Shown in pieces: positions 8,730 to 15,875 of a stretch of DNA of 48,046 nt. The stretch is from positions 1 to 48,046 of the forward strand of contig DATLPH010000002.1 in NCBI GenBank assembly GCA_035535855.1, written 5' to 3'. Origin of the DNA: Gaiellaceae bacterium (lineage in GTDB: Bacteria; Actinomycetota; Thermoleophilia; Gaiellales; Gaiellaceae). The notes beneath the pieces are model-generated. The model was not told where the DNA came from. It did no database searches and saw only the letters and a program-made list of their open reading frames with translations. The position numbers and the translations under genes are program-made. Within the stretch, counting starts at the first letter, position 1. Each line of letters begins with the position of its first letter.

Positions 8730-9050
8730 ATGCCGATGTGGCTCGCCGTCGGTGCGCTTCTCGCCATCGCCTGCGTCCTGCTCGTGGCGCGGCCGTTCCT
8801 GCGCGACCCCTCGCCCGTTGACGACCGCCTCGACGAGCCCGCGGAGGGCGTGCGCGAGCGAATCGCGCTCGCCGAGGAGCGGGACCGGGCGCTCGCGGCC
8901 CTGAAGGAGCTCGAATTCGACCACCGCACAGGGAAGGTCTCGGACGACGACTACCGCGCGCAGGTCGGCCCGCTGCGGCGCCGGGCGGCCGAGGCGCTGC
9001 GGGCGCTCGACCCGAAGCCGCAGAAGGAGCAGGCCCGTGCCGGCCGCTAG
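8730..9050 (+). CDS. small membrane-anchored protein, CcmI/CycH N-terminal-like (tentative)
   Basis: The ATG at 8730 follows GGAG at an 8-nt spacing. A TM helix (MPMWLAVGALLAIACVLLVARPFL) is followed by ALKELEFDHRTGKVSDDDYRAQVGPLRRRAAEAL. That segment resembles the conserved L-x-D-x3-G-x-hydrophobic-x5-Y segment of CcmI N-terminal domains, judged from memory. It sits just downstream of ccmE. Confidence 0.55.
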   Translation: MPMWLAVGALLAIACVLLVARPFLRDPSPVDDRLDEPAEGVRERIALAEERDRALAALKELEFDHRTGKVSDDDYRAQVGPLRRRAAEALRALDPKPQKEQARAGR

Positions 9051-9873
9051 CGGCTGCGCCAACTGCGGCGCGCGGCTGCCGAAGCGCGGCCGCTTCTGCC
9101 CCGAGTGCGGCACGCGGGTCGGCGCCTCGGCCGGCGAGACCGCGGTCGAGGAGCTGCCGCTGCAGGAGACCGGGCCCGTGCCGGTCGAGCTCGCGACCGC
9201 GACGCCGCACTTCTTCGGCGTCACGCCGCCGGGGGCCGTGCTCGCCTTGGCGGCAGCCTTCCTCGGCGTGGGGATCGCGCTGCTCGCCACGAGCCATCCC
9301 GTCGTCGGCGGCGCGCTACTCGGGGTCGCGGTCGTGCTCTTCGCTTTCTTCGTGAGCCTCGCCCGGAAGCTCCCCGACGTCGCCGTCTCGCGCGTCTCAA
9401 GCGGGGCGATGCACGCGCTGCGGGAGCGCGCCGGCTACGCGGTCGAGACGCTCGCGGTCCACTCCGGCGCACGCGTCGAGCTGTTCCGGCAACGGCGCGA
9501 ATTGGCCGAGCTCTTCGCACAAAGAGGCCAATGTGCACGGGTTTTTGGCGAAGCGGTGTACGCTGGTGACGAGGAAGGGACGCAATCCGCCCGTGCGCAG
9601 ATGGAAGAGCTCGACGGGCTGATCACCAAGAAGGAGGAAGAGATGGAGCAGACAACCGCAGGCGCGATCGAGCGGATCCAGCGGGCGCAGCTCCAGGTGC
9701 AGCCCACCGCGATCGAGCCGCCCCAGCCGGTCCCTGAGCCGTTTCCGGAGCCGAGCCCGCCGCCCCAGCCGGTGCCCGTTCCCGAGCCGACTCCCGAGCC
9801 CTCCGAGCCACCGGGCCCCGCGCACGTTCCCGAGCCCGGGCCGGTCCCGAGCCCGCCGCCGCAGGCCGAATAG
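9037..9873 (+). CDS. zinc-ribbon membrane protein with coiled coil and Pro-rich tail
   Basis: The GTG at 9037 follows GAAGGAG at about 7 nt. The protein has an N-terminal CANCGARLPKRGRFCPECG zinc ribbon and two TM helices. Its C-terminus is PQPVPEPFPEPSPPPQPVPVPEPTPEPSEPP low complexity. Confidence 0.75.
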   Translation: MPAASGCANCGARLPKRGRFCPECGTRVGASAGETAVEELPLQETGPVPVELATATPHFFGVTPPGAVLALAAAFLGVGIALLATSHPVVGGALLGVAVVLFAFFVSLARKLPDVAVSRVSSGAMHALRERAGYAVETLAVHSGARVELFRQRRELAELFAQRGQCARVFGEAVYAGDEEGTQSARAQMEELDGLITKKEEEMEQTTAGAIERIQRAQLQVQPTAIEPPQPVPEPFPEPSPPPQPVPVPEPTPEPSEPPGPAHVPEPGPVPSPPPQAE

Positions 9874-9919
9874 CCTCCGCGGGCAGGGACGCCCGCCGCA
9901 CCGCCGAAGTCACGCGAAG

Positions 9920-11107
9920 ATGCGCGCTCGCCTACTCATTCCGCTCGTCCTGGTGCTGCTGGCCGTCCTGGCCGCGCCTGCAAGCGGCGATGTCTCCAGC
10001 CGCAAGCAGGCGATCGACACGCGGCTCGAGAGGGTGCAGGCGAAGCTCGCCTGGGCGGAGCGGCGCGAGCGCGAGCTGGCGGGCGAGATCACGTCGGTCA
10101 ACCAGGAGATCCGCGGTCTCGCCTCGCAGGTGGGAGCCGTTTCGACGCGCCTGGAGCCGCTGGAGCGCGACCTCGACCTCCATCGTCAGAAGCTCGATCA
10201 CCTGAACGAGCTCTTCCGCCTCCAGACGGGCCGCTACGAGCTCTACCGGCACGAGTACGAGGCGCTGATGGCGCAGCTCGGGAACCGCCTCGTCGACCTC
10301 TACGAGGGCGGCGATCCCAGCACACTCGAGGTGCTGCTGGGCTCGAAGAGCGTCGGTGACCTGATCACGAAGGCGCAGCTCGTCGACTCGATCGGGATCC
10401 AGGACAAGAAGATCTCCGAGGAGGTCGGCAGCGCGAAGGAGCGCGTTCGCGTCCAGCGCGCGCATACGAAGCGCTTCCGGTCCCTGGTCGCGGCCGAGAC
10501 GCGGACGATTGCGATCCGTGCGGGCCAGGTGCGGGCGCTGCGCGACCAGCTGCTGGCGAGCAGGGACCGCCTGGCGGCCGCGCGGTCGGCCAAGCGCGAG
10601 TCGCTGCAGAACGTCAAGGAGTCGAAGGCCGAGTACCTGCACGAGGTCGCCGGCCTGCAGGCGGCAAGTGCCGCGCTGGCCGGCCAGATCCGCACCGCGC
10701 AATCGACCTCCTCGTACTCGCCGGGCGACGCGACGCCCTCGGCCGCGGGCTTCATCTGGCCCGTCAACGGCCCGGTCACGAGCCCGTTCGGCTGGCGCTG
10801 GGGCCGGATGCACGAGGGGATCGACATCGGCGCCGCCTACGGCACGCCGATCCATGCCGCCGCCTCGGGCCGAGTCATCTACGCGGGCTGGATGTCGGGC
10901 TACGGGAACCTGGTCGCGATCGACCACGGCCGCGGCATCTCGACCGCGTACGGCCACCAGTCCAGCATCGCGGTCTCGAACGGGCAGATCGTCTCGCAGG
11001 GACAGACGATCGGCTACGTCGGCTGCACCGGCCACTGCTTCGGGCCACACCTGCATTTCGAGGTGCGCATCAACGGGTCTCCGGTCGACCCGCTCGGCTA
11101 CCTGTAG
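9920..11107 (+). CDS. M23-family metallopeptidase with N-terminal coiled coil (EnvC-like)
   Basis: The 395-aa ORF has a signal peptide and a long coiled coil. The C-terminal LytM/M23 motifs are HEGIDIGAAYGTPI and GHCFGPHLHFEV. Confidence 0.9.
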   Translation: MRARLLIPLVLVLLAVLAAPASGDVSSRKQAIDTRLERVQAKLAWAERRERELAGEITSVNQEIRGLASQVGAVSTRLEPLERDLDLHRQKLDHLNELFRLQTGRYELYRHEYEALMAQLGNRLVDLYEGGDPSTLEVLLGSKSVGDLITKAQLVDSIGIQDKKISEEVGSAKERVRVQRAHTKRFRSLVAAETRTIAIRAGQVRALRDQLLASRDRLAAARSAKRESLQNVKESKAEYLHEVAGLQAASAALAGQIRTAQSTSSYSPGDATPSAAGFIWPVNGPVTSPFGWRWGRMHEGIDIGAAYGTPIHAAASGRVIYAGWMSGYGNLVAIDHGRGISTAYGHQSSIAVSNGQIVSQGQTIGYVGCTGHCFGPHLHFEVRINGSPVDPLGYL

Positions 11108-11130
11108 CCGGTTTTGCGCCCGACCGGGCG

Positions 11131-12414
11131 CTAGGCGATCCCGAATGTCTGGGCCAGCAGGAAGATGTTCAGTGCCGAGATCAGGGCGGCGACGACCGCT
11201 GCCAGCGCCGTCGTCGCCCGCCGGTTCACGAGCGTTCCCATCAGCTCCTTGCGGCTCGTGAACCAGACCAGCGGGATCAGCGCGAACGGGATCCCGAACG
11301 AGAGGATCACCTGACTGATCACGAGCGTCTTCGTCGGATTCACCCCGATCGCCGCCACGATCAGCGCCGGCACCATTGTCACCAGGCGGCGAACGAAGAT
11401 CGGGATCTGTCGCCTGATGAACCCCTGCATCACGACCTGGCCGGCGAGGGTGCCCACGGTCGAGCTCGAGAGGCCTGACGCGAGGAGAGCCAGCGCGAAG
11501 AGCGTGCTCGAGGCGCCCCCGAGGATCGGCTCGAGCGTCCGGTGGGCGGTCTCGAGCGAGTCGACGTTCAGCAGGCCGGACTTGTAGAAGACGCTCGCGG
11601 CCACCACCAGCATCGCCATGTTGATCAGGCCGGCGATCGACATCGCGATCACAACGTCGATCTTCGTGTAGCCGTACAGGCGCCGGGCCTCGACGTCGTT
11701 GCGCGGGACGACGCGATTCTGCGTCAGCGCCGAGTGGAGGTAGATCACGTGCGGCATCACCGTCGCGCCGAGGATCCCGACCGCGAGCAGCAGCGAGTCG
11801 CCGCCGGCAAAACCCGGCTTGACCGCGTGGAAGGCGACCGTCCCGAGCGGGGGATGGGCGAAGTAGAGCTCGGCGAGGTAACAGGCGCCGATCGCCGCCA
11901 CGAAGGCCACGATCACCGCCTCGAAGGCGCGTAGCCCGAAGCGCTGAAGGCCGAGGATCCCGAAGGTGACGAACCCGGTGAGGACGGCGGCGGGGAAGAG
12001 ATCCATCCCGAACAGCAGGTGGAAACCGAGTGCGGCGCCGAGGAACTCGGCGAGGTCGGTTGCCATCGCGATCAGCTCGGCCTGGATCCAGAGGCCGACC
12101 GAGGTGCGGCGGGAGAACTGCTCGCGGCAGACCTCGGGCAGGTTGCGGCCCGTGGCGATACCGAGCTTGGCCGACAGCGTCTGGATCAGCATCGCCATCA
12201 GGTTCGCGGCGAGGATCACCCAGCAGAGCGTGTAGCCGTACTTCGCTCCGCCGGCGATGTTGGTGGCGAAGTTGCCCGGGTCGATGTACGCGACGCAGGC
12301 CACGAAGGCGGGGCCGAGGAACGGCAGGATCCGCCAGCCCTTGCTCGGGCCGCCCAATGCCCGCTGCGCCGCCTGGACCGAGCCGGTGGCGACCGCGCCT
12401 GACCGTGTCGCCAT
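11131..12414 (-). CDS. mntH: Nramp-family divalent metal (Mn2+/Fe2+) transporter
   Basis: The DPGNFATNIAGGAKYGY and MPHVIYLHS motifs and about 11 TM segments are present. I prefer the ATG at 12414 (GAGG 5 nt upstream). The track uses a TTG at 12435 that lies inside the upstream palindrome. Confidence 0.92.
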   Translation of the reverse strand: MATRSGAVATGSVQAAQRALGGPSKGWRILPFLGPAFVACVAYIDPGNFATNIAGGAKYGYTLCWVILAANLMAMLIQTLSAKLGIATGRNLPEVCREQFSRRTSVGLWIQAELIAMATDLAEFLGAALGFHLLFGMDLFPAAVLTGFVTFGILGLQRFGLRAFEAVIVAFVAAIGACYLAELYFAHPPLGTVAFHAVKPGFAGGDSLLLAVGILGATVMPHVIYLHSALTQNRVVPRNDVEARRLYGYTKIDVVIAMSIAGLINMAMLVVAASVFYKSGLLNVDSLETAHRTLEPILGGASSTLFALALLASGLSSSTVGTLAGQVVMQGFIRRQIPIFVRRLVTMVPALIVAAIGVNPTKTLVISQVILSFGIPFALIPLVWFTSRKELMGTLVNRRATTALAAVVAALISALNIFLLAQTFGIA

Positions 12415-12431
12415 CACGGCCTCAGTGTAGC

Positions 12432-12459
12432 CCAAAGTTTAGTCTTGACTAAACTTTGG
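12432..12459. promoter_or_regulatory. perfect 28-bp palindromic operator candidate at the mntH promoter
   Basis: CCAAAGTTTAGTC-TT-GACTAAACTTTGG has 13-bp perfect arms and a 2-bp centre. It is AT-rich in a roughly 70% GC genome. It ends 18 bp upstream of the mntH ATG and sits immediately upstream of a TACACT -10-like box (12429-12424, minus strand). It covers the hpt stop codon. Confidence 0.6.
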
Positions 12460-12985
12460 CGAGGCGCAGGTCGGGCAGGTTTCGCCAGCGGCCGTCAACG
12501 TCGAAGCCGTAGCCGACGAAGAACTCGTCAGGCACGGTGAAGCCGACGTAGTCGACGGGCAGGTCGTCGACGAGGCGCCGGTAAGGACGGTCGAGCAGCG
12601 CCACGACGCCGAGGCTCGCCGGCTTGCGCAGGTCGAAGAGCTTGCGCAGGTAGTTGAGCGTCAGCCCGGTGTCGACGACGTCTTCGACGAGGAGGACGTC
12701 GAGCCCGGTGACGGGTATCACCGTGTCCTTCAGCAGCCGAACGCGCGAGTGGCCGCCGGTATCCGCGCCGTTGTAGCCGGCGAGCTCGACGAAGTCGATC
12801 TGATGCGAGATCGGGATGGCGCGCGAGAGGTCGGTGAGGAAGACGACGCTCGCCTTCAGCAGCGAGACGAGCAGCAGCTCCCGGCCTGCGAAGTCCGCCG
12901 CGATCTGCGCGCCGAGCTCGTCGACTCGTGTCCCCAGCTCCTCGGCGGTGAGGAAGACCTCGCCGATGCGGGGGTCGGTCCCTAT
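12449..12985 (-). CDS. hpt: hypoxanthine-guanine phosphoribosyltransferase
   Basis: The VLLVEDVVDTGLTL PRPP loop and DEFFVGYGFDVDGRWRNLP are present. The upstream in-frame sequence IGEVFLTAEELGTRVDELGAQIAADFAGRELLLVSLLKASVVFLTDL matches the Hpt N-terminal half. The open frame has no ATG, GTG or TTG before GTG 12721. The start is placed tentatively at ATA 12985-12983, which overlaps the upstream TAG as ATAG and gives 178 aa. Confidence 0.8.
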   Translation of the reverse strand: MGTDPRIGEVFLTAEELGTRVDELGAQIAADFAGRELLLVSLLKASVVFLTDLSRAIPISHQIDFVELAGYNGADTGGHSRVRLLKDTVIPVTGLDVLLVEDVVDTGLTLNYLRKLFDLRKPASLGVVALLDRPYRRLVDDLPVDYVGFTVPDEFFVGYGFDVDGRWRNLPDLRLAKV

Positions 12986-13347
12986 GACGCCAGGTCGAGC
13001 CGGTACCGCTGGGCCAGCCGCTCGATGTCGCGTTTGTAGAAAAGCTTCACGTTGACTTCGGGGTGGAGCTCACGGAGCTTGCGGAGCTTGCGGTTCTTGC
13101 GCGTCACGAGCCGCTGCTTCATGACCGTGATCTCGAGGTAGAGGTTCTGCTCGGGAAGGAAGAAATCAGGTGTGAACGCCTGGACGGTGCGGCCGTCCTC
13201 GCCCTGCTCGAGCACGAACGTGTGCGGCTCGTACTCCCAGGGGACGCGGTAGAAGTCCAGCACCTTGGCGCATTCGCGCTCGGCCTCGTTGGCGAACCGC
13301 GGCGGCTCGGCCCCGCGATATGCCTGGAAATCCGCTATTTCTCCCAC
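12982..13347 (-). CDS. conserved-looking small hypothetical protein, possible PD-(D/E)xK-like fold
   Basis: This is the real C-terminal 121 aa (GTG at 13347) of a 380-aa track ORF. The upstream part of that ORF is antisense to the DUF47 gene. The sequence is ...ECAKVLDFYRVPWEYEPHTFVL...AFTPDFFLPEQNLYLEITVMKQ.... GC3 is high. Confidence 0.65.
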   Translation of the reverse strand: MGEIADFQAYRGAEPPRFANEAERECAKVLDFYRVPWEYEPHTFVLEQGEDGRTVQAFTPDFFLPEQNLYLEITVMKQRLVTRKNRKLRKLRELHPEVNVKLFYKRDIERLAQRYRLDLAS

Positions 13348-13428
13348 CCAGCAGGCAGGGTAGCAGTGGGTGCGGACGCGGCCTCTCGCTCGAACCCTCG
13401 CCCGAACCTGATAGAAGCCGCTCGCGCG

Positions 13429-14052
13429 ATGCCCCGATTCCGGCTGACACCGCAGAAGCACGAGTTCTTCGAGCTCTACGCTCAGGCCTCGGCGAACACG
13501 ATCGAGATCGCCCGGCTGCTGGTCGAGCTGCTCAACCGCTTCCCCGAGGACGGTGACGCGCTCGTCTCCCGCATCAAGGAGCGCGAGCACGAGGGCGACC
13601 GCCTCACCCACGAGGTCGTGCTGCTCCTGAACAAGTCCTTCGTGACGCCGTTCGACCGCGACGACATGTACAGGCTCGCGAGCGCGCTCGACGACATCTG
13701 CGACCACGTCGACGAGGCGGCTGACAACCTCGGCTCGTGGGGGGTCGAGCGCGTACCGGAGAAGGCGCGGAGCCAGGCCGACGTGATCTTGCGCGCGGCG
13801 ACGAAGCTCGACGAGGCGGTGCGGCGGCTCGACGGCTTCCGCGACTCGAGCGACCAGCTCGGCGAGCTGCGGGAGCTCGAGGACGAGGGTGACACGCTCG
13901 TCCGCGATGCGGTAGCCGAGCTCTTCCGCTCGACGGACGACGCGAAGGTGATCATCCGCTGGAAAGACATCCACGAGCGGCTCGAGGAAGCGGTGGACGC
14001 GCTCGAGAACGCCGCCGACGTCCTCGAGGCGATCGTCGTGAAGAACCGCTAG
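13429..14052 (+). CDS. PhoU-like DUF47 family protein (Pit accessory protein)
   Basis: The start is ATG at 13429 (MPRFRLTPQKHEFFELY...). The helical DUF47/YkaA-like sequence includes EHEGDRLTHEV and EDEGDTLVRDA repeats. It ends 3 nt before the PiT gene, which is the classic pairing. Confidence 0.85.
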   Translation: MPRFRLTPQKHEFFELYAQASANTIEIARLLVELLNRFPEDGDALVSRIKEREHEGDRLTHEVVLLLNKSFVTPFDRDDMYRLASALDDICDHVDEAADNLGSWGVERVPEKARSQADVILRAATKLDEAVRRLDGFRDSSDQLGELRELEDEGDTLVRDAVAELFRSTDDAKVIIRWKDIHERLEEAVDALENAADVLEAIVVKNR

Positions 14053-14055
14053 GCC

Positions 14056-15045
14056 ATGGAAAACGTCCTGGTCGTGGTCGTCGTGTTGGTCGCGCTCGGC
14101 TTCGACTTCACCAACGGCTTCCACGACACGGCCAACGCCGTCGCGACCTCGATCTCGACGCGCGCCCTCTCACCGCGCCTAGCGGTGCTGATCGCGGCGA
14201 TCGCCAACCTCGCCGGCGCCTTCGTCACGACCGCGGTCGCGAAGACGGTAGGGAAGGGGATCATCGACACCGGGCTGGCGACCGAGCAGACCATCCTCGC
14301 GGCCCTGTTCGGAGCAATCGCCTGGAACCTGATCACCTGGCGGCTGGGGCTGCCGTCGAGCTCCTCGCACGCGCTCATCGGCGGGCTCGTCGGGGCAGCG
14401 CTTGCGCAGTCCGGCACCTCGGGGGTCCAGTGGCACGGGCTCGTCCACAACGTCGCGATCCCGGGTGTGGTGGCCCCCGTGATCGCGTTCGCCGGCGCCT
14501 TCGTGTTGCTGCTGCTCATCTTCTGGGCCCTGCTCCGGCTGACGCCGGGCTTCGCCAACCGCACGTTCCGGTTGGGCCAGCTCGTGTCGGGAACCTGGGT
14601 CGCGTTCACCCACGGCGCCAACGACGCGCAGAAGACGATGGGCGTGATCGCGCTCGCGCTCTTCGAGAGCGGCCACATCTCGCACTTCTACATCCCGACC
14701 TGGGTGATCGTCTCGTCCGGCCTCGCGATCGCCCTCGGCACCTACTCGGGCGGCTGGCGAATCATGCGCACTCTCGGGCAGCGGGTGATCAGCATGGAGC
14801 CGGCGAGCGGCTTCGCCGCGCAGATGACCGCGGGGGCGACGATCTACTTCGCGACCAAGCTCGGGTACCCGCTGTCCACGACGCACGTCATCTCGGGGTC
14901 GGTCCTTGGCGCCGGCGCGACGAAGCGTCTCTCGGCGGTGCGCTGGGGCGTCGCCGGAAACATCGTCGTCGCCTGGCTCTTGACGATCCCGGCCGCCGGC
15001 CTCGTTGCGGCTGCGCTGTACTGGCCCGTCCAGGCGATCTTCTAG
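14056..15045 (+). CDS. pit: inorganic phosphate transporter, PiT family
   Basis: The 329-aa ORF has the GFDFTNGFHDTANAVATSI signature, a second GANDAQKTMG signature and multiple TM helices. Confidence 0.92.
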   Translation: MENVLVVVVVLVALGFDFTNGFHDTANAVATSISTRALSPRLAVLIAAIANLAGAFVTTAVAKTVGKGIIDTGLATEQTILAALFGAIAWNLITWRLGLPSSSSHALIGGLVGAALAQSGTSGVQWHGLVHNVAIPGVVAPVIAFAGAFVLLLLIFWALLRLTPGFANRTFRLGQLVSGTWVAFTHGANDAQKTMGVIALALFESGHISHFYIPTWVIVSSGLAIALGTYSGGWRIMRTLGQRVISMEPASGFAAQMTAGATIYFATKLGYPLSTTHVISGSVLGAGATKRLSAVRWGVAGNIVVAWLLTIPAAGLVAAALYWPVQAIF

Positions 15046-15065
15046 GCCGCTCTACACTTCGGGAC

Positions 15066-15875
15066 ATGGCGCAGGGCCAGAACGGCGGGGCGTTCACGAT
15101 CGCGCAGATCTCCGACATCCATTGCGGAGGACCCGACTTCGTGCCCAACCTGATGGAGCGGGCCGTCAGCGAGATCAACGACCTCGATCCCGACCTCGTC
15201 ATCTGCTCGGGCGACCTCACGACCTTCGGCTTCAAGCACGAGTACGCGATGGCGAAGGCCTACCTCGACCGGATCAACTGCGACTCGATGGTGGTCATCC
15301 CGGGGAACCACGACTCGCGCAACGTCGGCTACGTCCACTTCGAGGACATGTTCGGCGAGCGCAACTCGGTGATGAAGCTCGGCGGCGTGACCGTGGTCGC
15401 CGTGGACTCGACGGAGCCGGACCTCGACCACGGCCAGATCGGCCGCGGGCGCTACCGCTGGATCGAGGAGCAGTTCACCGGCGACGCCGACCTGCGCATC
15501 TTCGTCCTGCACCACCACCTGCTGCCGGTCCCTGGCACGGGGCGCGAGCGCAACGTCGTCTACGACGCGGGCGACTGCATCGAGTGCCTGCAGCGAGCGG
15601 GCGTCGACCTGGTGCTCTCTGGCCACAAACACGTGCCGTACGCGTGGCGGCTCGAGAACCTGTTCGTCGTCAACGCGGGCACGGTCTCCTCGCAGCGCCT
15701 CCGCGGCAAGACGAGGCCCTGTTACAACGTGATCGAGGTCAGCGACCGCCATGTCGACGTCTGGCGCAAGTACCCGTTCCACGGGCAGGAGCGGATCATC
15801 CAGTTCTCGACGGAGACCCGCGCGTTCGAGAAGTACACGACGCGGATCGAGGACGAGGTCACGGCGAGGACCTGA
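15066..15875 (+). CDS. calcineurin-like metallophosphoesterase
   Basis: The start is ATG at 15066. Motifs are ISDIHCG, SGDLTTFG, IPGNHD, VLHHH and SGHKHV. The stop overlaps the next start as TGATG. Confidence 0.88.
   Translation: MAQGQNGGAFTIAQISDIHCGGPDFVPNLMERAVSEINDLDPDLVICSGDLTTFGFKHEYAMAKAYLDRINCDSMVVIPGNHDSRNVGYVHFEDMFGERNSVMKLGGVTVVAVDSTEPDLDHGQIGRGRYRWIEEQFTGDADLRIFVLHHHLLPVPGTGRERNVVYDAGDCIECLQRAGVDLVLSGHKHVPYAWRLENLFVVNAGTVSSQRLRGKTRPCYNVIEVSDRHVDVWRKYPFHGQERIIQFSTETRAFEKYTTRIEDEVTART

Noticed and set aside
9700-9873. Repetitive CCG/GAG/CCC DNA (also 27100-27200 and 27540-27600) as possible tandem repeats or a CRISPR-like array
   Set aside because: These are in-frame low-complexity linkers (PEP/PT/EA repeats) of zinc-ribbon proteins. 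The units are irregular, with no repeat-spacer architecture.
11108-11130. GCGCCC-GACC-GGGCGC hairpin between the convergent M23 peptidase and mntH genes as a bidirectional terminator
   Set aside because: The T-run lies 5' of the stem on the plus strand, so it is an A-run 3' of the stem on the minus strand. Neither orientation therefore has the stem followed by a U-tract. The stem is only 6 bp.
13391-13408. Two CGAACC (GGTTCG) direct repeats upstream of the DUF47-pit operon as a PhoP PHO box
   Set aside because: The repeat spacing is 12 nt rather than the 11-nt periodicity of actinobacterial PHO boxes. The units match the GTTCACC-type consensus only partially, which is too weak to call without comparative data.
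12982-14124. 380-aa minus-strand ORF treated as one gene
   Set aside because: Only its last 121 codons look coding. The upstream 259 codons are antisense to the DUF47 gene (clear PhoU-like sequence on the plus strand) and are Asp/Glu/Val/Arg-rich junk.
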